Assembly: GCF_018350175.1 (NCBI RefSeq) | Contig: NC_058375.1 | Span: 203,360,001-203,424,000, forward strand | Origin: Felis catus | Taxonomy: Eukaryota | Length of the DNA: 64,000 bases | Direction of reading: 5' to 3' | In this document: in pieces, positions 35,509 through 48,889 of the stretch | How positions within the stretch are numbered: position 1 is the first letter of the stretch | Layout: every line of letters starts with the position of its first letter | The notes under the pieces: model-generated | Told to the model about the DNA's origin: nothing | Database searches by the model: none | Seen by the model: only the letters and a program-made list of their open reading frames with translations | Translations under genes and position numbers: made by a program

Positions 35509-37218
35509 CAACATAGTGCATATAACTCGTCATGCATTCTCTGGCTTCTCGGATACGGTGGGGAGCAGGTCTGGGCCCCAGAAGCATAGGATTGTAGGCT
35601 CTCAGGTCACACAGCCTCACTTGACCTAAAGATCTGGAGTTCAAGAGCTGTAATTGGACATGCATCTGGTGGGGAGCTGGTGTGGAGAAGACATAAAAGT
35701 GTTCTGAGCTCTCGACAGCTGCTCTGGAGGCAGCTGACCCTCATGCCTCTCCCTTGCTATTCTCTACCTTAGCTGATGGACCCCTAGTTCAAGATCAGCT
35801 GATTTGCAGACTGGCCAGAGATCATGGCTTTCAGGGCCCCACTGGGATAGATGTTCAGAGCAGCTCAGATCTTGGGTTCCTCTGGAAATTGGGTGGGAAA
35901 ATCAGGGAAAGACGGATGAATTGGCAGAGTCTGAAAGTGGACAGGGGCAGAGACGTGGAAGAACGAAGACCCAAGAATTTCAATTTGCTGAGGGTCCCAG
36001 GACTCCTTTGAATCTGTCACTGGCTCTTGATGTAGACTCCATGAGGCCTGGCCTCATGGGATTCAGGTTCTAGAAGACTTTGCTTCCCTTAATGTGCCCG
36101 GTATATCTTTACATAACCCCCTAACTCAGTCTTTAACGTCGGAGGCGTGGAAAGGCAGAGCCTACCGTCGGAGAAATGCACTCTTGTGTGCCTCCGTGTG
36201 CACCCTTCGTGTATGTGATCAGAGCCCAGAGCAGGATGCAAAAAGTCCTTTTCTCTTCCCGTTGTGTCTCCTGTCAGTCCATTCCTGCCTGCCTTGATGG
36301 GCCCTGCTTCCCTGGCCTTCCTTCCTGCTTTGTCCACTCTCCCCTTTCTCCCTCTGTCTTGTTATCCTCCTGCCCTGCCCCGGGGTCCTGGCTCGAAGCC
36401 AGTAGCTTCCGTCCAGTCTCCCTTTAAGGGGGATGTTCAGGCCCCTTAGACTGAAAGTTGGAGCACTTTCTGATATTGACCGCACAACCACAGCTTGGAT
36501 TGTGACTCATCAAAGACTTGTTCCTGCGAACCCAGCTCCACGGGGTGGGTGACTGCTTGCTCTAGGAAGGGAGTGTGGAGGGGCGAGACTCCCATCCCTG
36601 CACCCGTGGGCTAACACCTTCCCCCACTCTGAGCTCAGCTGAATGAGCCGCTGTTCCTCATGACACAAGGGAATAGCCCGCATCCACACTCCTGAGCTAA
36701 CCTGTCTCTGTTGATGCTGAATCCCCAGCTGGTTTGCTCCTGCTCCCAAGCAGGGGGACCTGCCTGTTCAGTCTCCTGTCTCTCCCAGCACCTTCATCTA
36801 GACCCAGCGTTGCAACTAGTCTGTGCTCAGGGCTCCTGGGGGTCCCTACTCAGGCGGTCGACTTGGGGAGAGGGCTGGTTGGGCTAGGTCAATGCTGGGA
36901 ATGGGAGATGTTCCTCAAGTCTCTCTGAGCTCCATGCCCTTGCTGTCTGGCTTTCCTTGCCAGATCCTCCCTGCTTTGAGTGAGGCCTTCCCTGGGATCT
37001 GCAATCCTCCTATAGGCCTGGGACCCTGTGTTGTTCAGACTTTCCCTGTCCCTGGGATGTGGATGACATCTGATGGGTGGAAACTCTACCAAAGGGCACA
37101 GGTTCTCTACTAGGCCAGTTAGCAGGTTGCTGGTAAAAGGTTTTCACATACCTGAGACAGTGAGAAAAGTGAGTACAGTGTAGTGTCTTTCACAAAGCCA
37201 AAGATATTCATTTCACAT

Positions 37219-37678
37219 TTTTTTTTGAGAGAGAGAGAGAGAGCGAGAGAGGGAGAGAGAGAGAGACAGCATGAGCCGGGGAGAGGGGCAGAGGGAGGGA
37301 GAGAATCCCAAGCAGGCTCCGTGCTCAGCATGGAGCCCAGTGTGGGCTTGATCCCAGGACCCTGGGATCGTTACCTGAGTCGAAATCAAGAGTCGGATGC
37401 TCAACGGATTGAGCCAGTCAAGTGCCCCCTAAGGTATTTGTTTTAAAGAGATATTCTTTGGGGCGCCTGGGTGGCTCAGTCGGTTAAGCGGCCGACTTCG
37501 GCTCAGGTCACGATCTCGTGGCCCGTGAGTTCGAGCCCTGCATCGGGCTCTGTGCTGACAGCTCAGAGCCTGGAGCCTGTTTCAGATTCTGTGTCTCCCT
37601 CTCTCTGACCCTCCCCCGTTCATGCTCTGTCTCTCTCTGTCTCAAAAATAAATAAACGTTAAAAAAAATTTTTAAAAA
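37219..37678. mobile_element. Head-to-head pair of CAN-SINEs
   Basis: Minus copy 37219-37429, plus copy 37459-37678. Confidence 0.9.
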
Positions 37679-37705
37679 ATTAAGAGGTATCCTTTGCTTG
37701 AAAGT

Positions 37706-37707
<2 letters not shown>

Positions 37708-37774
<67 letters not shown>
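37708..37774 (+). repeat. Compound (CT)n(GT)n microsatellite
   Basis: Direct reading. Confidence 0.95.
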
Positions 37775-38245
37775 AAGAGAGACAGAGAGTGTGTAAAAGT
37801 CTTATTTTTCTGACATAATATTCTTTTATGGTTACTTAACAAATTAAAACTTAGCAATTCTAATTTGGACCCTAAGTTTTGTCGTTATAATTTTGCTAGC
37901 TGAGATCTGCAAAATCCCAAAGTCAGGGAGTCACACATTGGTTTGGGCCACCCCTTCCAGAATCTCTAAAGCCTTAGATTCTTCTAACTTAGCAAATTGA
38001 AATGACACATCTATCCTCCCTAAGAGGGGCTGACAGTAGCTAAGGACATCTTTTTGTCCTCACTTCTTGCAAGAGACTAAGAGACTAAGAGACTAGATTT
38101 CAGAGATGCTCCTCCTTCCAGTGCTAATCATTAGAAACACTCTGAAGACTTTTAATTCAGAGTTAGTCTGAACAGAAAACACAACTCAAACTGACTTAAA
38201 CCAAGCTAAATTTAGTTTAATTTAATTTAAAAGCCACTGGCTCAT

Positions 38246-38479
38246 GGGGTGCCTGGGTGGCTCAGTTGGTTAAGTGCCTGACTTCGGCTCAGATCACGAT
38301 CTCACGGTTCATGGGTTCGAGCCCCATGTCGGACTCTGTGCTGACAGCTCAGAACCTGGAGCCTGCTTGGGATTCTGTGCCCTGCTCTTTCTCTGTCCCT
38401 CCCCTGCTCACGCTCTGTCTGTCTGCCTCTCTATCTGTCCTTCTCCCTCTCTCTCAAAAATGAATAAGCATTAAAAAAA
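38246..38479 (+). mobile_element. CAN-SINE
   Basis: Typical head and tail. Confidence 0.9.
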
Positions 38480-40501
38480 TTACTGGCTTGTGAGACTTTT
38501 GTGACCACGTCTGGCTAAGGTTTGGCTTGTTTTGGGGCTCCAAAGATGCCTCCAGGATCCAGCTCTAGGCTCGACTTCCCTTGGGCCGACTTCATCCCAG
38601 GCACACGGCAGCCTGAGCAGTTCCAGGTTCTTGTCATCTCACACCTGGTGTCACGAGGGAGTCTGCTTCCAGACATCTCAGAACGTGTCTCGGTGGCCTG
38701 ACTGTCCTGATTGGGGTCATGTGCTCCTCCGGGAAAGGTGGCCGAGGGAACAGAATGAGTTAATGACTTATATATCCTGTGTCCTATCCCCAGAGCCCCA
38801 AGCCTAAAGCACAAGGGCTGAAAGTGAAAAAAGGTGATTCCCCAAAGCGGGGTACAGTTAACACAAAAATGTGGACTCGATGCCTAGAGGCAGGTACTGT
38901 TGCTGCCTCCTCCTAACGATCTCTAAAATCAAGCCCCTTTTCTCTCCCTGCATAGACACTATTCTGTCACTTCCGGGAGAATTCTCGAAGGGCAGTGCAA
39001 CAGCCTCCTGAACCAGTTCCTAAGCAATCATCCCCACCTCCCCAGCTACTTTCCACCTGGATGCCGAAGGATACTTCTTTTGTGATCATGTCCCTTGGGT
39101 GGCTTAAAAAGTTGTGTCCACAAAGTTCAACCTCCTCAGTGTGTACAGCAGGCCTTTATAACCCGTCCACACAGCCTGATCTCAGACCCGTCCCTCCCTT
39201 CCTCTCCCCACCCAACCACACACGCCAGAAATATAAATTCCCATCTTCCTCAATCCATCATTTCATTCTCAAGCAGCCCTGTCTTCAGCCAATCTCTTTT
39301 CCTCAGGCAACGCCTCCTTGAAGATCCAATTCTCATGTCCTCTCTTCTGTGACTTCCCTTGACTCCCAGATGGCAGAGCCACCACTCTTCTTTGCTGTTT
39401 CCTGGGCACTTTGTTCTTTCACGTTGATTTTCAGTAAAAGTTGCTTGCTTGTTATTTCACAAAGAACACGCAGATATGTTCTCTCGGTCAGGTTGCAAAT
39501 ATGGAAAATAATGCTGAGGTTCTCCTTGGTCGTCCCCTCCATAGAAGTAAGTATCCTGCCAGACACATTTCTATGAATTTACATATAGACATACACCTTG
39601 TAGAAATAGCTTTTTCCTCCACAAATGATATCATGCCTTATGTTGAAACTCTACGTTCTGAAACGTTATATTCTGAGGACTTTCATTGACTTTATTTCCA
39701 GTCCTGCCATTACCTTTTTTTTCTTAGAAATCACACTCCCTCCACCAAATAATCTTGTTTTATTAATTTTACTATTTATACAACAAAGGGCTATATAGAG
39801 CTAACTATGTGCCAGGCACGTTACAAGTAAGAGCTCATCCAATCCTCATAACCATCCTGTGAGGAGCGCACTGATATCACACCCATTGCACAGATGAGAA
39901 AATGGAGGTATGAGAGATTAATTAATGTATCCAGAGTCACATGTCTAAGTGGTGGAGCCAGGATTTGGACTCCAGAAGTCTGGTTCCAGAATCTGTGCAC
40001 CCACCACTATGCTGCGTTACCACGTGGCCTCTCCTCTCCACTGTTCTCCAAATGTGCCTGCTGAGGATATGAAACTGTGCTCATTGGTAAGGAAGATATC
40101 CTAGTGCCAGGACACTTGTGGAGATGGCAATTTCTTTCTTCCTCCCTTCCTCCCTTCCTCCCTTCCTCCCTTCCTTCCTTTCTACTNNNNNNNNNNNNNN
40201 NNNNNNNNNNNNNNNNNNNNNNNNNNNNNNNNNNNNNNNNNNNNNNNNNNNNNNNNNNNNNNNNNNNNNNNNNNNNNNNNNNNNNNNNNNNNNNNNNNNN
40301 NNNNNNNNNNNNNNNNNNNNNNNNNNNNNNNNNNNNNTCACAAATGTCTTGTCCTTTTTTTTTCTTTTCCACTGAAAACATTCTTCATTTTCGTTACCTA
40401 TATCCTGCAAAACAACTGACCTCACACAGGGCTGTCTAACTGCTCACTGTGACACCATCTTTCTTGAGACCATTATACATTTTTTAAAGCTACAACGATT
40501 T

Positions 40502-40724
40502 GGGGCGCCTGGGTGGCTCAGTCAATTGGGCGTCCCACTTCGGCTCAGGTCATGATCTCGCGGTTTGTGGGTCCGAGCCCCGCGTTGGGCTCTGTACTGA
40601 CAGCTCAGAGCCTGGGGCCTGTTTCAGATTCTGTGTCTTGTTTCTCTTTGCCCCTCTCTGTTTGCACTCGTATTGCTTTCTCTCAAAAATAAACACTAAA
40701 GAAATTAAACAGCAAATAAATAAA
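40502..40724 (+). mobile_element. CAN-SINE
   Basis: Typical; TSD AAAGCT(A/G)CAA. Confidence 0.9.
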
Positions 40725-40739
40725 AGCTGCAATGACTGC

Positions 40740-42097
40740 AGGGATTCAATAAAAGGAATTCAGGAAAATGACTCTGAAGCAGCATGCTGTGCACTTTCAC
40801 AATGTGAAAGTATTGTTTGTCTACAGGCAGGAAACAAGCTGATGAAACTCCTCAGCTATAGACACGTGCCACCTCTCATGAAATAGCAATGATTCTGATA
40901 AGGAGTCACAGGCTCAAAGGGTGGAGCCGGAAGCCACAGATTATTCCCAGGCCTTCAAACCTAATGAATGTAGTCTTCCTGGCTGGATTGCTACATTGCT
41001 TGGGACGGGTAGCTCCTTTGTTCATTCCATTTTCTGTTTTATGAATGGGAACATCTGTTACTATTACTCTATGACTGTCTTCCCATTATATTTGGGAGCA
41101 AAGAACTGGTTTTGTTGGTTTACAGGTGCACAGATGGAGAGCAATTATGCCCCAGGAATCATACCCACATCCTCACCCGTACTTTAGATAATTTAAATAA
41201 TGAGATTTGGGACTTTCAAGTTGGTGAGATTCAGATAAAATTTTGGGCTTTGAGTCGATGCTGTAATGGGTTGACACTTTTGAGCACCTTTGGATGGGGT
41301 GATTTTACTTGGGATGGATGTGAATCTGGGGGGCAAAGGTAGACTGTGGCAGGCAGAATAATGGCCCTCCAAAAATGTTCACGTCCTAACCCCCAAATCT
41401 GTGAATAGGTTACCATGTATGGTAAAAGGGATTTACCAACGTGATTAAGTCAAGAGTTTTGAGATGGGGAGATTATTCTGGGTCATCTAGGTAGACTAAA
41501 TGTAATCACAAGGATCTGTGTAAGGGGGAGGCAGGAGAATCAAAATTGTAAGGCCAGAAACAGATTGCAGTGATATGGCCAAGATCCAAGGATGCCAGCA
41601 GCTTCTATAAATTGGAAAAGGCAAAGGACAGGTTTTCCCCTGGAGAGAAACTTTCCTTCCTCCCGGAAGGAAACTGTAAAGTGTTAATTAACATGGCAAA
41701 GGCCACTTTGCAGGTGTGATTGAGGTTCCTACAGACTTTAAGATGGGGGAATAATCCTGGATTATCCAGTGGGCCAATCTAATCACAGGAGTCCATAAAC
41801 ACAGGGAAACTCCCTGGCTGTTGCAGAGAGATGGGATTGTGGAAGAAGGGTCAGAAAGGTACAAAAAGGGGGCTACAATCTAAGAGATGCAGGAAGGCTC
41901 TAGAAGGTGGAAGAGTAAGGAGATGATCTTCCTCTAGAGCCTCCTGAAAAAAATGCAGCCCGGCTGTCACCTGGATATTAGCCCAGCGAGACCCATGGTG
42001 GACTTCTAACCTATAGAATTGTAAGCTGGAAAGTCTGTGTTATTTTAAGCCACTAAGTTCATAGAAATCTGTTGTGGCAGTAATAGGAAACTAATCA
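40740..42097 (+). mobile_element. MaLR (MLT1-type) internal remnant plus LTR sequence
   Basis: Purine tract, then LTR start TGTGGCAGGCAGAATAATGGCCC at 41345; ends ...GTGGCAGTAATAGGAAACTAATCA. Confidence 0.75.
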
Positions 42098-42426
42098 GGA
42101 GTAGTGACCAAAGATGACATGGTATCTGGGAAGAAGAGAAAGCTTTTCTATCATTCCTGATGTGGCCCGCCTCATTCAGGAAATGCTTGGGTTCAGCAGA
42201 AATGTAAACACTTACGGAGGTCATTCCTTAGATCCAGTGTGTCTGACAGAAGATACATTCCTGAGTCTCTAGACTGGTTTTGTCCTGGAGTAGAATATAT
42301 TTTGAGTTGAGCAGTTCGAACAGTTTTCAGGATATACAGTGGGTCTCCTAGAAGACTATGTTGAATGAATGTGATCAGGACAGTCTCTGGGAGGGACTGT
42401 AATAACTCCATTTTAAAGTGCTCTTG

Positions 42427-44104
42427 GGGCTCCTGGCTGAGTCAGTCAGTGGAGCATGTGACGCTTGATCTCAGGGTTGTGAGTTCAAGCCCCGTGTTGG
42501 GTGTAGAGATTACTTAAAAATAAAACCTTGGGGCGCCTGGGTGGCTCAGTCAGTTAAGCGTCTGACTCTTGATTTCGGCTCAGGTCATGTTATTGATGTT
42601 CTTGACATGGAGCCCCATGTTGGGCTCTGCGCTGATGGCACGGAGCTTGCTTGGGATTCTCTCTCTCTCTCTGCCCCTTCCCTGCTTGTGCTTTCTCTGT
42701 CTCTCTCTCAAAAATAAACATTAAAAATTATTAATAAAATTATTAATATTAAATTATCAAATTAAAATTAAATTATTAAAATTAAAATTATTTTGGATGT
42801 TTATTTATTTTTGAGAGAGAGACAGAGCATGAGCAGAGGGAGGGGCAGAGAGAGAGAGGGAGACACAGAGCTATCAGCACAGAGCCCAAGGCAGGGCTCC
42901 AACTCACAAATCATGAGATCATGACCTGAGCCCAAGTCAGATACTTAACCGACTGAGCCAGCCAGTGCCCTAAAAAAATATTAAAAAATAAATAAATAAA
43001 AATAAAAACTTAAAAAAAAAATAAAAATGTATCACATCTTTTCAAGGACTGTTGACCTTTATATCCTTTTATTTCTGGTTTATGATGGTCACAGCTCTAC
43101 AAAAAAAGAAACAAACTGTATTTTTTGATACTATTAATGTAGTTAAATCAATAAGTAAAAAGGAAGCATAAAATCTTGGGACACCTGGGTGGCTCAGTCA
43201 GTTAAGCATCCAACTTCAGCTCAGGTCATGATCTCACAGTTTTGAGTTCCAGCCCCGCATCAGGCTCTGTGTTAACAGCTTGGAGCCTGGAGCCTGCTTC
43301 AGATTCCGTGTCTCCCTCTGTCTCTCTGCCCCTCCCCAGCTTGCTCTCCGTCTCTCAACAAAATAAATTAAAAAAACAATAAAAAAGTTTTGAAAAAAGG
43401 AGGCATAAAATCTAAACCGGAGAAATAATTATTATCTGATCAAACGATTTCAAAATAAGAATACAGATACTTTTTGGTATATATCACAGAAAAACTTTCA
43501 ACTTAATTTCCTAAAAAAATTTCTTAATGGCTGTTGGTCAATGCAGCATTAAGAAACTGTAGTGCAAATTCTACCAAATACATTTATCGCAAAGGGGGTT
43601 TGTTCATTTTTCTGCAAATAAATGTTGTTACATTAATAGTGAACATGTAACAAATTGGGTTGCCTGGATGTTTAAAAGCTATCACCATGGGGTGTGTGGC
43701 TGGCTCAAGAGGTAGAACATGCAACTTGATCTGGGGGGGAGGGGGTCCTGAGTTTGAGCCTCTGCTAGGTGTAGAGTTTACTTAAAAAACAAAAAAGCTA
43801 TCCCCATAAGCCAGCCCTGCAACTAAAAACTCAAACATATTAATATCAAGATCCATCCTTAGTCCAATATTATCTATACCAAGGCTGGAAGACCTTAATA
43901 ATAAGAATAAAACCAAAATGTATTTATGAAAGCACTAAAGAGGCACCTGGGTGGTTCAGTCGGTGAAGCATCCAACTCTTGATTTCGGTTCGGGTCATGA
44001 TCTCATGATTTGTGAGTTCGAGCCCTGTGTCCAGTTCTGTGCAGACAGTGAGGAGCCTGCCTGGGATTCTCTCTCTCCCTCTCTCTCTGCCCCATCCCAC
44101 TCAT

Positions 44105-44142
<38 letters not shown>

Positions 44143-44183
44143 TAAATAAATAAACTTAAAAAAAATAAATAAAAGTAATAAAA
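42427..44183. mobile_element. Cluster of about 6 CAN-SINEs, some nested
   Basis: Multiple SINE heads and tails in both orientations. Confidence 0.85.
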
Positions 44184-44405
44184 ATCATTTGTTTTAATGT
44201 TGAAAGTATTTTCCTTACTAATATGGCACATACTCTTTCCTAGCCTTTAATCAGCTATTTGGAAATGAAGTCACAAGAATAAAGTGAAGACTTGGAAATT
44301 CAGGATGAGACTGTGCAATAAACTCCCCAACATCCAGTAAACTGTCTGGTGCACTATTGCATCTTCGTATCAAATGACTGTCATCTGCTAACCCAGATTG
44401 AATTC

Positions 44406-44955
44406 TTTTTTTTTAATGTTTATTATTGAGAGACAGAGAGACACAGAGTGTGAGCAAGGGAGGGGTAGAGAGAGGGGGAGACATAGAATCTGAAGCAGGC
44501 TCCAGACTCTAAGCTGTCAGCACAGAGCCTGATGTGGGGCTCGAACTCACAAACCGTGAGATCATGACCTGAGCCGGAGCCGGTCGCTTAACCAACTGAG
44601 CCACCCAAGGCACCCCTGAATTTTTTTTGAAGTAATCTCTAGGGGTGCCTGGGTGGCTAGTGGGTTAAGCGTCCAACTCTTGATCTTGGCTCAGGTCATG
44701 ATCTCATGGCTTGTGAGATGGAGCCCCGAGTGGTGCTGGCAGCTTGGAGTCTGCTTGGGATTCTCTGTCTCTCTCTGTCTCTCTGTCTGTCTGTCCTTCC
44801 CCCACTGTTTCTCCCTGTCTCTCTCAAAATAAATAAACTTTAAAACATAATTCATAAAAAAATAAAAATAATCTGTATGCTCAATGTGGGTCTCAAACTC
44901 ACGATCCTGAGATCAAGAGTCACATTGTCTAGTGACGGAGCCAGCATGGCGCCCC
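44406..44955. mobile_element. Nested CAN-SINE trio inserted in the UBXN2B pseudogene
   Basis: Minus copy, plus a plus-strand copy nested inside an older short minus copy. Confidence 0.85.
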
Positions 44956-45340
44956 TGGATTTGAATTGGGTTTTGTTGGCCCTGAATCATCAATAAGAAC
45001 AACTGCATTAAGTATTGACTTCTCCTCCTCTTCTGGGGAGGAAGGTGTACTGACTATTTCAGGTGTAAGGCTTCCAAAGGTTTGCCTTTCTCCACAGAAA
45101 GCCTTGAACCTTATTCTAGGCTTTAGGTATTCTTGATCTTGACCATTCTCCATATCCAAATTCACTTGGTCACCGTGAACCTGTCACTGAAGTTCCAGGG
45201 GAGTCTCTTGAAACCTTCTGCCAACAGTAATGTCACTTTAAAGGATTTCTAGTATAAGTTGCTGAATTTCAAGCATACACACAGAGTCACCCTTAACAGA
45301 TTCCAGAAATTGAACATTTGTTGGATCATTGTATGGTTTC

Positions 45341-45575
45341 TTTTCTTTTTTTTTTTTTTTAATTTTTTTTTTCAACGTTTATTTATTTTTGGGACAGAGA
45401 GAGACAGAGCATGAATGGGGGAGGGGCAGAGAGAGAGGGAGACACAGAATCGGAAACAGGCTCCAGGCTCTGAGCCATCAGCCCAGAGCCTGACGCGGGG
45501 CTTGAACTCACAGACCGCGAGATCGTGACCTGGCTGAAGTCGGACGCTTAACCGACTGCGCCACCCAGGCGCCCC
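45341..45575 (-). mobile_element. Young felid-type CAN-SINE with a perfect 15-bp TSD
   Basis: TSD TCATTGTATGGTTTC at 45326-45340 and 45576-45590. Confidence 0.95.
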
Positions 45576-46301
45576 TCATTGTATGGTTTCAACTCACCAT
45601 CATCTAAACTGAAACTGTTATTGAAACTGTTTTAAGCAAAATCTGAACATCTTGTGGCTGGTTTGGTCTATAGATGTATTCATTCCTTATAAAAGGAATG
45701 CCCCAACCTGTACCTTCTACATGCAAATGACTTTTGTTTGTCATCACTCAAGGCTCACGTGGCTTCTTTCAGAGGGACATCCAATGTTCCCTCGCCTCTT
45801 TGAAAAGTTCATTCACAACTTTTCCAGTTGAAAGTTGAATTACATGTGATCTTCTGTACTCATGTTCGTTTGCACAGCACCTTACAGAGAAGTGATGTGG
45901 TCAGCACCTTAACCAAGGGAACATATCTTCAATAGCAGGAAAACCTTTGATGTAGTCTTCATGGTCTTTTAAAGACTATAACTTTAGGCCTATCAAATTT
46001 GGAAGATTTGCATTNNNNNNNNNNNNNNNNNNNNNNNNNNNNNNNNNNNNNNNNNNNNNNNNNNNNNNNNNNNNNNNNNNNNNNNNNNNNNNNNNNNNNN
46101 NNNNNNNNNNNNNNNNNNNNNNNNNNNNNNNNNNNNNNNNNNNNNNNNNNNNNNNNNNNNNNNNNNNNNNNNNNNNNNNNNNNNNNNNNNNNNNNNNNNN
46201 NNNNNNNNNNNNNNNNNNNNNNNNNNNNNNNNNNNNNNNNNNNNNNNNNNNNNNNNNNNNNNNNNNNNNNNNNNNNNNNNNNNNNNNNNNNNNNNNNNNN
46301 N

Positions 46302-47092
46302 AGAGGGGCAGAGAAAGCTTGGGAGACACAGAATCAGAAGCCGACTCCAGACTCCGAGCTGTCAGCACAGCCATGCAATCACAAAGCCATGAGATCATGA
46401 CCTGAGCTGATGGTCGCTTAACCGACTGAGCCACCCAGGGGGTCCCGAGTCCAATTTATATCTTGATACATCATCACTTAGTTTGTTTTCAGGTTTCTTT
46501 ATTTTATTTTTAAAAAATTTATTTATTTATTTTTATTTTAGAGAAAGAAAGCATGAGTGGGGGGAGAGGGGCGGAGGGAGAGAGAATCTCATGCAGGCTC
46601 CACGCTTGGCACAAAACGTGACACGGGGCTCAATCTCATGACCCCGGAATAATGAATGACCTGAGCCCAAGTCAAGAGTTGAACACCCAACTGACTGAGC
46701 CAGCCAGGCACCCCTGTTTTCAAGTTTCTTTGTAAGGTCTTCACATTCTTATTAAATTCTGCAAATCCTGGGGTGCCTGGCTGGCTCCATCAGTAGAGCA
46801 TATGACTCTTGATCTCAAGGTTGTGAGTTCAAGCCGTACATTGGGTATGGAGCCTACTTAAAAAAAAAAAAATTGCAGGGGCGCCTGGGTGGCGCAGTCG
46901 GTTAAGCGTCCGACTTCAGCCAGGTCACGATCTCGCGGTCCGTGAGTTCGAGCCCCGCATCAGGCTCTGGGCTGATGGCTCAGAGCCTGGAGCCTGTTTC
47001 CGATTCTGTGTCTCCCTCTCTCTCTGCCCCTCCCCCGTTCATGCTCTGTCTCTCTCTGTCCCAAAAATAAATAAACGTTGAAAAAAAAAAAT
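46302..47092. mobile_element. Four CAN-SINEs interrupting the 5' part of the pseudogene
   Basis: TSDs TGTTTTCA(G/A)GTTTCTTT and TGCAAATCCT. Confidence 0.88.
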
Positions 47093-47355
47093 TGCAAATC
47101 CTGTGTGCTTGGGGGCCTTGGCCCTGTGACCTCCTCTCTTATCTACCCTGAGGGCTAGGCACTGCCCTTGCTCTCTCCAGCCCCCCCCCCCCTTACCCTT
47201 TATTGTTTTTTCTTCCTCCCTCCCTCCTTTGTATGTGTGGGCCTATTTTGTCCTACATTTTAGTTTGAATGAATTTACTAAAGTCTTTGCTTACCATTGC
47301 TGTTTGCTCCCTCACTTCTTCCTCTTGAATTCATTTTTTTCTTAGTGCTGATCTA

Positions 47356-47359
<4 letters not shown>

Positions 47360-47395
<36 letters not shown>

Positions 47396-48165
47396 TTTTC
47401 AACGTTTATTTACTTTTGGGACACAGAGAGACAGAGCATGAACGGGCGAGGGGCAGAGAGAGAGGGAGACACAGAATCGGAAACAGGCTCCAGGCTCCGA
47501 GCCATCAGCCCAGAGCCCGACGCGGGGCTCGAACTCACAGACCGCGAGATCGTGACCTGGCTGAAGTTGGACGCTTAACCGACTGCGCCACCCAGGCGCC
47601 CCCTCTTTTTTTTTTTTTTAAGTTAATCTATTTATTTTGAGAGAGACAGAGACAGTGCGAGGGGGAAAGGAGCAGAGAGGGAGAGAGAGAATCCCAAGCA
47701 GGCTTTGTGCCGTGAGCATAGAGCCTGACATGGGGCTCAAACTCACGAACCCTGAGATTATAACCTGAACCGAAACCAAGAGTCAGACGCTTAACTGACC
47801 GAGCCACCAGGCACCCCACTTTTTAAAAAAAAATTTTTTTTTTTAACATTTATTTATTTTTGAGACAGAGAGAGACAGAGCTTGAACAGGGGAGGGGCAG
47901 AGAGAGAGGGAGACACAGAATCCGAAACAGGCTCCAGGCTCTGAGCTGTCAGCCCAGAGCCCGACGCCGGGCTCGAACTCCCGGACCGCGAGATCGTGAC
48001 CTGGCTGAAGTCGGACGCTTAACCGACTGAGCCACCCAGGTGCCCCTCCACTTTTTTTTTTTTAATATTTTATTTTTAACTAATCTCTACACCCAATGTG
48101 AAGCTTAAACTTACACCCTGAGATCAAGAGTCGTATACTCTACTGACTGGGCTAGCCAGGCTCTC
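47360..48165 (-). mobile_element. Four tandem CAN-SINEs
   Basis: Same-orientation array inserted into A-rich tails. Confidence 0.9.
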
Positions 48166-48311
48166 CTACATTAATTTTCATATCCTTTGTATATTTTTAT
48201 TTTTAACCATTAGGGATGAGAGCAAAAGGCTGCAGCCTGTATTCAGCTTGCAGTCTGGGACTGGAACCATCTCCCCATAGCACTATCTCTACCATAACAC
48301 GCATCATGAGT

Positions 48312-48821
48312 ATGGTAGGCAGAATAATGGCCTCCTCCCTTCCCTCAAGATGTCTGTGTCTTAATCCCTGGAACCTGTGCAAATATCACGCTAGATAACA
48401 GGGGAGAATTAAGACTTCAGATGGAATTAAGGTTGCCAATTAGCTGACTTTACAATATGGACATTATCCTGGGTTACCTGGGTGGGCTCAATGTAATCAC
48501 CAGGGTCCTTAAATGTGGAAGAGGGAGCCAGAAGAGTTAACACCAGAAGGATGGATGTGAGAAAAGCCCAATTAGCCATTGCTGGCTGTGAAGACAGAAG
48601 GGGGCCAGGGAAGTGGGCAGCCTCTGTAAACTGGAAAAGGCAAGAACGCATATTCGCCCCTGGAGGCTCCAGAAAAAAACGCAGCCCCACTACCACCTTT
48701 ATTTTAGCCCAGTGAGATACATTTTGGACTTCTGACCTTCAGAACAGTAAGGTAACAAACGGGTGCTGTTTGAAGCAACTAAGTTTGGTGTAATTTGTTA
48801 CAGCAATAGGAAGTGAACACA
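48312..48821 (+). mobile_element. MLT1-type solo LTR
   Basis: GGTAGGCAGAATAATGGCC ... TAATTTGTTACAGCAATAGGAAGTGAACA. Confidence 0.8.
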
Positions 48822-48889
48822 ATGTTGAAATGTGATTGTTGGTGTATGTCCTTCCACCTCACTGCCAGCTTCTTTAAAAAAAAAAAAAA

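Larger units (their letters stand above)
44250..47190 (-). pseudogene. UBXN2B: Processed pseudogene of UBXN2B (p37), split by several SINEs; 3'UTR remnant may extend to about 43000
   Basis: Minus-strand pieces between SINEs read ERRSQGPRPPSTQDLQ, CKSSKFDRPK, STGKVVNELFKEAREH, NLDMENGQDQEYLKPRIRFKAF, GSLTPEIVSTPSSPEEEEKSILNAVVLIDDS, LHFILVTSFPN; collinear with the recalled SEP+UBX protein; stops and frameshifts; no normal introns. Confidence 0.88.

Noticed and set aside
44929-45165. 78-aa ORF as a functional UBXN2B retrogene
   Set aside because: No true ATG, runs into a SINE, and flanking parts carry stops and frameshifts
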